DNA from: Candidatus Fermentibacteraceae bacterium
GTDB lineage: Bacteria; Fermentibacterota; Fermentibacteria; Fermentibacterales; JCC-6
Direction: 5' to 3'
Length of the DNA stretch: 64,000 bases
NCBI GenBank assembly: GCA_041750285.1
Contig: JBGSZS010000007.1
Span: 128,001-192,000 of the forward strand
Both the position numbers and the translations under genes were made by a program. Shown piece after piece: positions 1-9,832 of the stretch. The notes beneath the pieces were generated by a model. The model had not been told where the DNA came from. It saw only the letters and a list, made by a program, of their open reading frames with translations, and ran no database searches. Position 1 is the stretch's first letter. Each line of letters starts with the position of its first letter.

Positions 1-955
1 GCTGGGCCCTGTACATGTTATCGTAGTCCATCGGCATTCCGTGCATGCCGTCACCCATCGCTTCCATGGTCTCGAGAAAGCGGGAACGGTACCCGGTGTT
101 CGAGGAATCAACGCTCAGGCCCTGGAAGAAGCCCTCTCCCGAAACCGCGGCGAAGCCACCCCTTGCGACCGCTGCTGCAAAGGGCCTGGGAACGTTGGCG
201 GCGATCACCCTGAAGCCGTGCTCCCTGGCGTACTCCACCATGGGCTCGTAGTCCTGTTCGTAGTTGCCCCACGGGCGCGAACCCGCCAGAAACTCTTCCC
301 TCGAAACGCTTCCGGCCAGGTACAGGTCAAGGAGCGGCTGGACATCCGTTTCGAACATCTCGAGAGCCAGGGCGGTTTCCGGGGAAGCCAGGGCCTTCCA
401 GATGAACAGCTCCCACTGATGTGCAAGCTGGTCGTCGTGCTGTTCCCCCACGAAGACGATCTCCGAACCGTAAAGGGATGACAGCAGGGCTGTCACACCG
501 ATCTCTCCGTCCGGCGTCAGTATCCTTCCCGGGGGGATTGAGACCGGCCCACGGGGGTGCTCCATTCCGGCGACGGCCATGAATTCATCGCGCTGGTCGA
601 GAAGGAACTCGAGGGCCAGCAGCTCCTCGGGCGGGGAATCGGACGAGGGGAACCAAGTGCCGTCGGCCCCGCAGCTGATGGTGACGAACACCTCTCCGGC
701 GTTCTGTTCGCCCTCGTCCGTCACGCCGACCCTGAAGGCCGTGGGCACGGTGCCTGCGTACCCCAGAAAGTCGATCAGAAAACCCGAGACCGGGGCTGCG
801 ATGGATTGGACGGCAACCACTTCAGGCAACAGAACGCCCTGTGACCTCAGGTGTGCTTCAGCTATACCCCCGGCTTCGTCCGCGTACACCGACGCCTGGG
901 AGAACGACGGGGTGACCGCAAAGAGCAGGAAGATGAGGACCAGTGAGTTTGTCAT
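1..955 (-). CDS. ChaN-family (haem-uptake/TIKI-like) protein with signal peptide, runs off the left edge
   Basis: Not in the ORF track; read manually from ATG at 955: MTNSLVLIFLLFAVTPSFSQA...IVFVGEQHDDQLAHQWEL...ALALEMFETDVQPLLDLYLAG...WGNYEQDYEPMVEYAREHGFRVIAANVPR, typical ChaN motifs. Confidence 0.8.
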   Translation of the reverse strand, partial: MTNSLVLIFLLFAVTPSFSQASVYADEAGGIAEAHLRSQGVLLPEVVAVQSIAAPVSGFLIDFLGYAGTVPTAFRVGVTDEGEQNAGEVFVTISCGADGTWFPSSDSPPEELLALEFLLDQRDEFMAVAGMEHPRGPVSIPPGRILTPDGEIGVTALLSSLYGSEIVFVGEQHDDQLAHQWELFIWKALASPETALALEMFETDVQPLLDLYLAGSVSREEFLAGSRPWGNYEQDYEPMVEYAREHGFRVIAANVPRPFAAAVARGGFAAVSGEGFFQGLSVDSSNTGYRSRFLETMEAMGDGMHGMPMDYDNMYRAQ

Positions 956-956
956 C

Positions 957-1826
957 TCAAGACCTTTCGTCTGGAGCCAGGTGTTCCCGCGGACGGGCTG
1001 CGGTTGACCCGAAAACCGATCCGATGAAGAACAGCGCAAGCTTGTAAAGAATGAACAGCAGACCCATCGGAATCACGGCAACGTCCAGAAGCCATGTGAC
1101 GCTGGTTCGGAAAAGCAGTTCGGGCAGTTCCTTCACCAGTTCCCCCATGTCCGCAAGGACAGCCATGACGATATGGAAGCTCGGAAAGCTTATTCCGGGG
1201 TCGGTCCAGCTTCCGAATTCGATCAGGTCTCCGCTCTGCATCTCTTCCACCCTGTCCTGAAACTCCTCTCTGAACTCCTCCATGCGGGTGTCGAACTGCA
1301 GACGGACCGGTCTTGAGAAGCCATCGGAGAGGCGCCCGCCCAGGACAAGGGTCAAGGGTATCGCGGCGAAGAAGAAAAAGGCAGGAATGCCTGCGGAAAA
1401 GGCGGCCCTCCTCAGGATCTCGCGCCGTGAGAACTGCAATACAAGGAGGATCACGAAAAGAACGCTTAGAGAAAACCTGCCAAGTGTTCCACAAAGGATC
1501 AGCAGAAACTCGAGGGCGTACAATGTGGCCAGACTGGCGGCCAGAACCTTCCAGGTGATGTCTATGGCATCGTAGAGGGGCTGTACGATGTCACCCACTT
1601 CGATACCCACGACGTCGGAGCCCTCCACCACGGCCACGAGCCCCTTCACCACGCTTATCGTTATGAACGCAGTGAGAGCCTTTTCCTGAGAGCGCTCCAC
1701 GTATTCGCGGGCGGGTGCAAGGATGGTCCTGTCCTGCAGGGCTTCGAACACCCCCGTTGCCGAAAGCACAGCCAGCGCGAACAGCACGCCGGCCCTTGTC
1801 AAAGCTTTCCTGTCAAGTTTTTCCAA
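957..1826 (-). CDS. hypothetical integral membrane protein
   Basis: 289-aa ORF, TTG start after a G-rich SD, several hydrophobic segments, stop abuts the ChaN start. Confidence 0.75.
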   Translation of the reverse strand: MEKLDRKALTRAGVLFALAVLSATGVFEALQDRTILAPAREYVERSQEKALTAFITISVVKGLVAVVEGSDVVGIEVGDIVQPLYDAIDITWKVLAASLATLYALEFLLILCGTLGRFSLSVLFVILLVLQFSRREILRRAAFSAGIPAFFFFAAIPLTLVLGGRLSDGFSRPVRLQFDTRMEEFREEFQDRVEEMQSGDLIEFGSWTDPGISFPSFHIVMAVLADMGELVKELPELLFRTSVTWLLDVAVIPMGLLFILYKLALFFIGSVFGSTAARPREHLAPDERS

Positions 1827-2026
1827 AACCCCCCCGTCCTGTTTGGTTGAACAATAGCTCCAAAGGGAGCGGGGCGCTAAGGCGCCAAAACGGCGCGCAG
1901 GATCCTGCCAGAACTCCGCGGAACCTCATCTTCCCGTTATGATAACTCCCGTTGCGGTCCGGACGTGAACCGCTTCCAATACGCGATGGGGCATTTCGTG
2001 CACAACCAGAAACGGGGTGAGAGGTC

Positions 2027-2347
2027 TTGAGCTTGCCGGTGCTGCTTGTCATCGATCTCGGGGTGTCGGTGTTCCTCGCATTCATGGCGGTTGCCGTCCT
2101 GGTGCCGCTTTCGCCGAGCTTTCTGTCGGTTTTCGGACCCCTTGTATGCGGGAAGGGTGAGAACCTCTCCCTGCAGTTCGTGAAGCTGAGTTACCACCGG
2201 CCCGGAGAGAGGGGGCTTGTGGCTGAATGCGTGGGTCCGTCAGGCCGGCGTAATGTCAGGTTCACGCTTCTGTTCTACGCCTTTCTGGCCTCATTTCTCG
2301 TCGTGTTCCTTGTTGGGCTGGTCATCGCATTTATCGTAAAATCTTGA
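2027..2347 (+). CDS. small hypothetical membrane protein (two hydrophobic segments, two Cys in loop)
   Basis: 106-aa ORF, TTG start after GAGAGG. Confidence 0.55.
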   Translation: MSLPVLLVIDLGVSVFLAFMAVAVLVPLSPSFLSVFGPLVCGKGENLSLQFVKLSYHRPGERGLVAECVGPSGRRNVRFTLLFYAFLASFLVVFLVGLVIAFIVKS

Positions 2348-2383
2348 AAGAAAATCTGATACCGGATATCTTCGACGACGTTC

Positions 2384-2411
2384 TTGACAATCTATCTTTT
2401 AACACTATTTT
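2384..2411 (+). promoter_or_regulatory. putative sigma70 promoter of MOSC-tldD-tldE operon
   Basis: TTGACA-N16-TATTTT in an AT-rich intergenic gap. Confidence 0.5.
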
Positions 2412-2441
2412 GCGGGGTGAAGGCAAGTGCCTGGAGGTGTG

Positions 2442-2906
2442 ATGGACAGGTTCGAGATCGTTTCGGTCAATGTATCCCTTGAGAAGGGAACAGAGAAGCA
2501 CCCCGTTCCCGAGGCTGCAGTGAGTCTCGACGGGCTCGAGGGTGATGCCCACGCAGGGAACTGGCACCGGCAGGTAAGCCTTCTCGACAGCGAGAGCATC
2601 GAAGCCTTCGCTTTGAAGACAGGCCTCGGGATCGCTCCCGGCGATTTCGGCGAGAACGTCACTACAAGGGGCGGCGACTTCTCCGCCCTTGCCCCGGGGG
2701 ACGTGCTGTCCGGTGAGGACGGGCTTTCGATGGTCGTTACCCAGCTGGGCAAGGAGTGTCATGGCGATGGTTGTTCGATATACCGCAGGGTTGGTAAGTG
2801 CGTAATGCCCGCAAGGGGCGTTTTCTGCCGGGTGGAGTCGCCGGGTGTCCTGCGTGCAGGCGCAGCCCTTTCGGTGACCCGTCCGGAATCAGGAAGAGGT
2901 GAATGA
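2442..2906 (+). CDS. MOSC domain protein
   Basis: GLEGDAHAGNWHRQVSLL, PGDFGENV, TQLGKECH..C.I...VGKCVMP..GVF motifs; ATG after GGAGG. Confidence 0.9.
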   Translation: MDRFEIVSVNVSLEKGTEKHPVPEAAVSLDGLEGDAHAGNWHRQVSLLDSESIEAFALKTGLGIAPGDFGENVTTRGGDFSALAPGDVLSGEDGLSMVVTQLGKECHGDGCSIYRRVGKCVMPARGVFCRVESPGVLRAGAALSVTRPESGRGE

Positions 2907-4389
2907 GTTGAGAGTCGAGAACCTTGAAAGACCGGTGGCCGAGGGCATAGCCAGGGCCATGAACGCCGGGGCGGGTTACTGCGATGCCCGTTTCTTCTCC
3001 GAAGACGGTTCGGAAACCCTTGTTCTCTACGACGGCAACCTCGAGGCCAACACGGCATCGTTCGAGAGCGGCCTTGGTGTCAGGGTGCTTTACGGGGGCG
3101 CCTGGGGATTTGCCGCGACAAGCAGGGCGTCCGATGTCTCCGAAGCCTTTGAGAAGGCCCTGGCAAACGCAAAAACGGCATCCATGCTCGTCAGCATTCC
3201 GCTGAACATGGGTGTTCATCCCGCAGTTACCGGGACCTACTCCTCACCGGTGGTGCAGGACCCCTTCGATGTTCCACTCAAGGAGAAGCTCGCCTTTCTC
3301 GAAGGGCTGGACGAAAGGCTCAAGGCGGATTTCGTTCAGCGCAGGGTGGTGTTCCTCTACCTTCAGAGGATGAAGAACTGGTTCTGGAACAGCGACGGCT
3401 CTTTCATTGAGCGCAACCTTCTGAACTGCTTTGCCGACTCCATGGTAATGGCCCAGGACGGCGACGGCCAGATGCAGAGGCGCTCCAAGAGCCTGCACAC
3501 TCCCGGCACGGGCACCCGCGGCTGGGAGATGGTGACCGATCCCGATCTGTGGAGCGGAAGGGCCGAGGGTATGAAGGAGGAACTCTCCCAGCTCCTCTCC
3601 GCTCCTGAACTCGAATACGGACGCCGTTCGGTCATTCTGCTGCCGGGACAGGGGCACCTTCAGGTGCACGAGACCATCGGCCATCCGCTCGAGCTCGACA
3701 GGATACTCGGTTACGAGCTTTCGTACGCCGGCGGAAGCTTCGTCACGCTGGACAGCTTCGGACGCCTCCGCTACGGTTCCGACAAGCTGAGCGTCAGCGC
3801 CTTCGGTTCGGTTGAGAACAGCCCCGGGAGCTTCGGCTTCGACGACGAGGGAACCCCCGAACGGGATTACCTTCTCATCGACAAGGGCATCCTGGTGAAC
3901 TGCCTGACCAGCCGTGCGATGATAAGCGAGGCGAACCACACCGCGGGGAGACAGGTTTTCGAACACAGCGGCGGAGCCAGCCGGTCCACGGCATTCTACA
4001 AGGCGCCCATCGACCGGATGACCAACGTCAACGTGCTTCCCGGCAATGACGGAAACCTTTCCGACATAATCGCCGGGACCGATGACGGAATCCTTCTTGA
4101 CAACCCCACGAGCTGGTCGATCGGAAGCAACAGGGAGCACTTCCACTTCGGCTGCGAGATCGCCTGGGAGGTCAAGGGCGGGAAGATCACAAGGGTGCTC
4201 AAGAACCCGACCTACCAGGGGCACACCCTTGAGTTCTACGGCAAGCTGAGTGCCGTCGGCGACCGTTCCACATGGGTCGTGGAGCAGGTTCCCAACTGCG
4301 GCAAGGGCGAGCCCAACCAGGTGATGGAGATCGGCCACGGAGTACCCGTGATGCGGTTCGACGATGTTATCACCGGAGAGGAGAAGTAG
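2899..4389 (+). CDS. tldD: TldD-family metalloprotease, catalytic subunit
   Basis: GLGVRVLYGGAWGFA, HETIGHPLELDR (HExxGH), FDDEGTP, DRMTNV, CGKGEPNQ. Confidence 0.9.
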   Translation: MNELRVENLERPVAEGIARAMNAGAGYCDARFFSEDGSETLVLYDGNLEANTASFESGLGVRVLYGGAWGFAATSRASDVSEAFEKALANAKTASMLVSIPLNMGVHPAVTGTYSSPVVQDPFDVPLKEKLAFLEGLDERLKADFVQRRVVFLYLQRMKNWFWNSDGSFIERNLLNCFADSMVMAQDGDGQMQRRSKSLHTPGTGTRGWEMVTDPDLWSGRAEGMKEELSQLLSAPELEYGRRSVILLPGQGHLQVHETIGHPLELDRILGYELSYAGGSFVTLDSFGRLRYGSDKLSVSAFGSVENSPGSFGFDDEGTPERDYLLIDKGILVNCLTSRAMISEANHTAGRQVFEHSGGASRSTAFYKAPIDRMTNVNVLPGNDGNLSDIIAGTDDGILLDNPTSWSIGSNREHFHFGCEIAWEVKGGKITRVLKNPTYQGHTLEFYGKLSAVGDRSTWVVEQVPNCGKGEPNQVMEIGHGVPVMRFDDVITGEEK

Positions 4390-4392
4390 GCC

Positions 4393-5760
4393 ATGCTGGA
4401 CGAGACCACCCGCGACGCCATCCTCAAGGTGAGGGACGAGGCGGCGGAGAAGGGCATCGACGCCCTTTTCACGATGCACCGCGAGAAAAGCCACCTGATG
4501 AGGATAGGCAACAATTCCGTCAGCCTGAACACAAGCGAAGACCTGACCAGGCTTGATGTGGAGGTCATAAACGGCCGCCGCGAAGGCTCCTACACCATCA
4601 TGGGGGACATCACGGGCCCCGAAAGCGTGCGGAAGGCGCTCGACGTTGCCGTTGAAAAAGCCTCGGTCAGCACCCCCAAGGATTACGATCCCATCTCACG
4701 GATGGTGGAGGAGAATGCCGAGGAGATGCTTCAGTACGATGAAGCCCTCGAGACGCTTGATCCCGGTGAGAAGGCCGTGGTCTACCGAGAGATAATCGAA
4801 AAGACGGGCAGCCACCTGAACTTTTCGGGTTCATGGAGCAGCGGTTCCACCGAAGTCCTTCTCGCATCAACGAAAAACGACAACCTTGCATGGAGGATAG
4901 GCACCGACCAGCAGTTCACGTGCGTCCTCAAGCACCCGGAGAAGAAGTGGGAGCTGGCGTCGTTCCAGACCGGGTGGCAGGCCGGTGAAGTGAAGGCCGA
5001 GAGCACGATAGAGAGTTTCAACTGGCTTCTTCCCATCTACGGAAATCCTGGTTTCAGGGTCGAACCCGGTGAGTACACGGTTCTCTTCGGCTCACAGGCC
5101 GTGGCAGAGATAGTCGGCATGGCGATAGGCACCGGCATGAGCGGCAGGGGCTACGAAGAGGGAATGAACTGGACCTGCGGCAGGAAGCCGGGGGACAGCA
5201 TCCTTTCCGACAAGATCACGGTCATCGACGACCCCACCGACATGAACACGTTCAGGTTCGGCTTCGACATGGCCGGCATGACCCGGAACGTTTTCCCCAT
5301 TGTGGAAAAGGGAAGGATGATGAACCTTTTCTATGACCTTGCGACTGCAGCCAAGTACGGAAGGAAGCCAACCCCCCACAGCGGCAGCGCCAGTGTCGTC
5401 GTAAGCCCCGGTGACGGTCCCGAGTGCCCGATGGAAGCGGTGAGGGGCATGGGAAGGGTCCTTTTCATTCCGGCCCTGCACTACACGCACATCCCCAACC
5501 GCAGCAAGGGAATCTTCACCGGCAGCAGCCGGTTCAGCGCCGTGCTTCTCGAGAATGGAGAAATGGTCAGCCCGATCTTCTCCAGCCGCATCACCGACAC
5601 GTTCCAGAACGTGCTCGGGAATGTGGCCGTGCTTGCACCGTGGTGCACGTCGGTGAACGGCTCGAGCACCTACGACCGCCGCATGCCCGAAGCCGCCTCG
5701 GTTCCGGGCTACATGGTCTCCACAGGCGTCAAGATCACCGACAGCGCCGAATCCTTCTAG
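4393..5760 (+). CDS. tldE: TldE/PmbA-family protein
   Basis: Follows tldD; EPGEYTVLF, ITVIDDP...FD..G motifs; no HExxH. Confidence 0.8.
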   Translation: MLDETTRDAILKVRDEAAEKGIDALFTMHREKSHLMRIGNNSVSLNTSEDLTRLDVEVINGRREGSYTIMGDITGPESVRKALDVAVEKASVSTPKDYDPISRMVEENAEEMLQYDEALETLDPGEKAVVYREIIEKTGSHLNFSGSWSSGSTEVLLASTKNDNLAWRIGTDQQFTCVLKHPEKKWELASFQTGWQAGEVKAESTIESFNWLLPIYGNPGFRVEPGEYTVLFGSQAVAEIVGMAIGTGMSGRGYEEGMNWTCGRKPGDSILSDKITVIDDPTDMNTFRFGFDMAGMTRNVFPIVEKGRMMNLFYDLATAAKYGRKPTPHSGSASVVVSPGDGPECPMEAVRGMGRVLFIPALHYTHIPNRSKGIFTGSSRFSAVLLENGEMVSPIFSSRITDTFQNVLGNVAVLAPWCTSVNGSSTYDRRMPEAASVPGYMVSTGVKITDSAESF

Positions 5761-5765
5761 TGTCG

Positions 5766-5800
5766 CAGGGCGGGGGGCGCTTTGGCGCCCCCCGGCCCTG
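5766..5800 (+). terminator. GC-rich hairpin after tldE
   Basis: CAGGG-C-GGGGGGCGC TTTG GCGCCCCCC-G-GCCCTG; weak U tract. Confidence 0.5.
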
Positions 5801-6018
5801 TATCCCCGTCGGCACGCCTTATCAATCCGGGCAATGGCAGCCTGAACAGGCCCATCCCGTCCATCAACGAAAAGCCCGGTTCCCAAAGCATCATGGTCCG
5901 CACAACACGGCATAGGGAAATTGAAACACAGCGAGCCTGTTTCTGAGGTCCCGATGAGGATCGGGGCAGACTGACGCAGGGATTCATTCCGGGACAGTTC
6001 AGCTTATCGCATTGAATA

Positions 6019-6047
6019 TTGACACCATTCCTCCTGCTGTATATCTA
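6019..6047 (+). promoter_or_regulatory. possible sigma70 promoter
   Basis: TTGACA at 6019, with an imperfect TATATC/TATCTA -10 region 15-17 nt downstream. Confidence 0.35.
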
Positions 6048-6079
6048 CTGATATCTTGGGTCTGACGAATGGAGTATTA

Positions 6080-7432
6080 ATGTATAAATGGTATGGAATG
6101 TTTGTTCTCATGCTGGCCACTGCACAGAGTCTTGCCTTCCCAGCATTCGAGTTCAGCGACAGGTCGGACACATGGATCAGGATGGTTCCCTCTCTTGACC
6201 AGGTATCCCAGAGCTGTGCCATGGTTCTGAATGATCAGGATCTTCCCATGATCTGCTACGGACCCAGTGCCGCCGGAAACCAGGGGCTCTACTTTGCATG
6301 GTTCGACGGGACGGAATGGAATGAAACGCTGGTGGAACCCCTTCAGTACACATCCACCAACTGCAGAATGGTTCGGGACGACGACGGTGTGATTTCGGTG
6401 CTGTACAGCGGCACCATGTCCAACTCCTTGAGGTTTGCCAGGTTTGACGGCACCGAATGGCAAACCGAAGAGATCTGGGGCGACAAGCCCAACAGCTACG
6501 ATTTCACCTTGGATTCCCAGGGCAATCCCCATGTTGCATATGTCACAGACCCTGACAATTCGCTGATCTACACGGTGAGGGAGGGAACCGGTTGGACCGC
6601 CGAGAGCATCGGACACTGCGGGACACCTCCCATTGCGATCGCGGTCGATTCGCAGGACAGACCCCACCTGATCTGGAGTGCCTCGGGAAACCAGACCCGA
6701 CACGGCTGGCCCGAGTCCGGCGTATGGAACCAGGAGTCCGTCAGCAGCGGCATCTACTGCTATGGCATGGATCTGTACGCCGACGAGTCGGATGCTCTTC
6801 ATCTGGCGATGACGGGTGTTGCCAGTGGCAACCTCCTTGTGTATTCCTGCAGATAGGGTTCCGGCTGGAGCAGTGAGACCGTGGACTCCATGAAGGGTGG
6901 AGCATGCTCGATCATCACCGGTCAGGACGGAAGGGTACACATCGCCTACGCTGAGACGATCAACAGCGACATGCGCTACGCAGTGAAATCCGGGGGGGCA
7001 TGGTCGACGCAGGTGGTTTCCTGGCAGGGGATGAACGGCTACGGGATATCCCTGGTCCTTAACAGCCTCGGCGACCCCTGCATGCTCAACGGAAGGTATA
7101 CCACTCAGTGTGAGCTGGTCTGGTGGGGTGACGATGTGGGCGTATCACAGGATGAGTTCCTGCCCGTGCCCGAAGCGGCCCGTTTGCTGATTGAGCCGAA
7201 TCCCGCCTCCGCGGGTGCGACAGTGCGTGTTCACACAGACAGGGCAGGTTCCTATTCCCTTGACTTGTTCGACCTTACGGGCAGACTTGTGACTACACTT
7301 TTCTCCGGCACCCTTTCCGTTGGGGAGTCTGTTCTCTCGCCGGACCTTGGGGGGTTGCCCGATGGCACCTACCATCTGGTGCTGGGAGGGGAAGGACTAA
7401 GAATGACCGCGAGGATGGTTCTCCTGCCGTGA
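6080..7432 (+). pseudogene. secreted beta-propeller-like protein with C-terminal Por/T9SS-like sorting domain, interrupted by an in-frame TAG at 6854-6856 (nonsense mutation, readthrough or base-call error)
   Basis: ORFs 6056-6856 and 6881-7432 share a frame with a single stop between them; repeats FAWFDGTEW/FARFDGTEW/YTVREGTGW/YSCR*GSGW/YAVKSGGAW; tail EPNP...DLTGRLV...LPDGTY...RMVLLP. Confidence 0.75.
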
Positions 7433-7444
7433 TACGCCAGGAAC

Positions 7445-8854
7445 CTATCCTCTCCCGAAGCCCCTGAGGAACTCGGCGGCGTCACGGGAGAGCTGGCCGA
7501 AGCCCTTCAGGGAAAGATGCTTCCAGAGAAGGGCGGGGACCCGGGTGAAGGGCTTTCTTAAAAGGTAGTTCCGCCCAACCTTTCCCATGGCCCAGGAACG
7601 AAGGCTTTCAAGCTCGCGGTCGTCCATGTCGGTCAGGTTCACAAGGAGTCTGTCCGCCGCTTCGAGTGAGAGCACGTAGGCTTCCAGATCGGGTATCAGC
7701 CCCTTTTCCCTGGCCTCGGTGAAGAGGGGGGTGCCCGGGTAGGGTGTGACGAACAGCATTGGCGCGGTGATGTCGGCCTTTTTGCAGAACTCGACGGTTT
7801 CGGCGACGGTATCGCGTGTTTCCCCGAACATGCCTATCATGAACGAGCCCTCAGGGGTGATTCCCTCCTCGCGGGTCATTCTGATCGCCGAGAGGCACTG
7901 TTCGGGCGTGACGGTCCTTTTCATTCTCCTGAGCATCTCGGGGCTGCCCGATTCTATGCCGTAGCTTATCCAGTCGCACCCCGCCTCCCGCATGGCGGAA
8001 AGCATCTCGCGGTCAACCGATGAAGCCCTGCCTATGCAGGACCAGCGTATTCCCGGAAGCCTTTCCTTCAGCAGGGCGCAGGTTTCCAGAACAAAGGCCT
8101 TGTCGCTGGTGAAGAGGTCGTCGGGGAATCCCGTGTACTCTATCCCGTACTTTTCGACAATGTGAACAGCTTCGGAAACGATCGATGCGGGTGATCTGCG
8201 CCGGATCGTGCGGCCGTAGATGTGGTAGCAGTAGACGCAGCCATGGGGACAGCCCCTGCTGGCGACTATCTCGAGATGCCTTTCGTGCTTGCCCCTGTGA
8301 TCAAGGCTTACCACGTACTTCTCGAGGGGAAAGAGGTCACGGGCTGGCCACGGCAGGTCGTCGAGGTTCTCGAGGAGCGGCCTGGGCCGGGAAAACGCGG
8401 TGCTGCCCGTGTCGTCCCTGAAGGCGAGACCGGCAACCGAGCGCCAGTCCGAACCTGATTCAACGGCTGCAGCCAGCTCGACCGATGCTGCTTCACCCTC
8501 GCCGAGCACTACGGCGTCCATTCCAGCGTTTTCGAGGTAGAGCCCGGGGATCGTTGTGGCGCCGCTGTTGCCCGCCATCAGGAAGACGCCGGGCATCTCC
8601 CTTTTCAACCTTCCGCCGATCTCCCTGACTATCGAGTACCTTGTGATCATCCCGCCGAAGCCGACCATTTCGGGGGCTGTTTCCCCGATGAGCGTGAAGG
8701 CCCTCTCAGTGGACAGGTCTTCCCCCTCCATGTCCACCACGCTCACCCGGTGGCCGGCATGCTGAAGCGCTGCAGCAACGTAAGCGAGCCCCTGCGGGAA
8801 GTAGAGGCTTCGCTGGCCCGTTCCGAAATATGGGTACACAAGCGTTATCCTCAT
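7445..8854 (-). CDS. B12-binding radical SAM protein
   Basis: MRITLVYP, PQGLAYVAA, GEGE, SRGCPHGCVYC, YGIESGS, FMIGMFGET, TPYPGT. Confidence 0.9.
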   Translation of the reverse strand: MRITLVYPYFGTGQRSLYFPQGLAYVAAALQHAGHRVSVVDMEGEDLSTERAFTLIGETAPEMVGFGGMITRYSIVREIGGRLKREMPGVFLMAGNSGATTIPGLYLENAGMDAVVLGEGEAASVELAAAVESGSDWRSVAGLAFRDDTGSTAFSRPRPLLENLDDLPWPARDLFPLEKYVVSLDHRGKHERHLEIVASRGCPHGCVYCYHIYGRTIRRRSPASIVSEAVHIVEKYGIEYTGFPDDLFTSDKAFVLETCALLKERLPGIRWSCIGRASSVDREMLSAMREAGCDWISYGIESGSPEMLRRMKRTVTPEQCLSAIRMTREEGITPEGSFMIGMFGETRDTVAETVEFCKKADITAPMLFVTPYPGTPLFTEAREKGLIPDLEAYVLSLEAADRLLVNLTDMDDRELESLRSWAMGKVGRNYLLRKPFTRVPALLWKHLSLKGFGQLSRDAAEFLRGFGRG

Positions 8855-8855
8855 G

Positions 8856-9830
8856 TCATCCTTCCCGCAGGTTGCCGAGCTTCCCGATGTCCGGGATGTT
8901 CTCCGGGTCTTCATCCCCCGGGACTGCCAGTTTTTCGAGAACATCCTCACGGTGGGGGATCAGGCCTGTCCTCAGGATGGTGTTCGATTCACGGTGGCGT
9001 ATCACCAGGTTCTTCCAGTCGTACTGCCCGGGGTACGAAAGCCCGCACCTCTCGACACGGCGCATGACTGCTTCAGTGAACCGGACCTTGTCGTCGGCTG
9101 GCTCCATTGGTTCGAGCTCGATCCGAAACCTCATTCCCGGAAGGACGAAGCATGATCCGAAAAGGACCCTGCAGCCGGTCCTGCTTCTGAGTTTCCATGG
9201 TGTGGAAGGAACCAGGTCGGGAACGCCGAACATGTCCAGCCAGATGCCTGCCGGTCCGCCGTAGGCCGTGGGTGAGTAATGCACGATGCGGTTCTCGGAG
9301 AGGACCCGGTACATCCATCGGGGGTTTTCATCGGGGAAGTGGAGAGTATTCCACCGTGCTCCGACGGCAAGCCTGGCTCTGCGGGGGATCTCTCCTTCGC
9401 CCAGGTAGCGGCTCGAAATGACTTCGACTGGGTAGCCAGCCATCCCCATGAGGATGTGCATGCTGCGCTCGTCGCCGAAGTGGGGGACGAGAAGCAGAAC
9501 GCCCCGTTCCGCTTTCAGGGCCTCGTCGAGATGCTCGCGTCCGCTCCATTCGACAGCTTCTTCCAGGGATTCCGGCTCAAAGCGTTCGAGATGGAACAGA
9601 TCGACGGTGTGTCTGACGTGCCTTTGCCAGTACTCCCTGACAAGCCTTTTCAAGGCGGTTTCGCCGAGATCGGGAAAGATCCTTCGGAAGTGGCTTTTCA
9701 AAAGCCCGCTCCTGCGGTCTGAGACCCCCCTGAGGCGCGTCAGGAAACTGATGATCCACTGAGGATTGCGTGAGCCGTGCACGGCCAGCCTGAGCACCCG
9801 GTAGTACAAGGAGGCTGCCAGGGTTCTGAT
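8856..9830 (-). CDS. LpxL-like (lipid A / lysophospholipid) acyltransferase; start uncertain
   Basis: GREHLDEALKAERGVLLLVPHFGDE motif, YPGQYDW; the only canonical upstream start (9920) overlaps the previous gene by 88 nt. Confidence 0.8.
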   Translation of the reverse strand: MRTLAASLYYRVLRLAVHGSRNPQWIISFLTRLRGVSDRRSGLLKSHFRRIFPDLGETALKRLVREYWQRHVRHTVDLFHLERFEPESLEEAVEWSGREHLDEALKAERGVLLLVPHFGDERSMHILMGMAGYPVEVISSRYLGEGEIPRRARLAVGARWNTLHFPDENPRWMYRVLSENRIVHYSPTAYGGPAGIWLDMFGVPDLVPSTPWKLRSRTGCRVLFGSCFVLPGMRFRIELEPMEPADDKVRFTEAVMRRVERCGLSYPGQYDWKNLVIRHRESNTILRTGLIPHREDVLEKLAVPGDEDPENIPDIGKLGNLREG

Positions 9831-9832
9831 GA

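Noticed and set aside
4387..4395. tldD TAG GCC ATG tldE in frame, a possible amber-readthrough fusion
   Set aside because: tldE has its own GAGGAG SD, TldD ends at the normal family position, and TAG is a common stop here
5801..6010. Intergenic hairpins as a riboswitch or ncRNA
   Set aside because: Only short stems with no recognisable family motif; a covariance-model search would be needed
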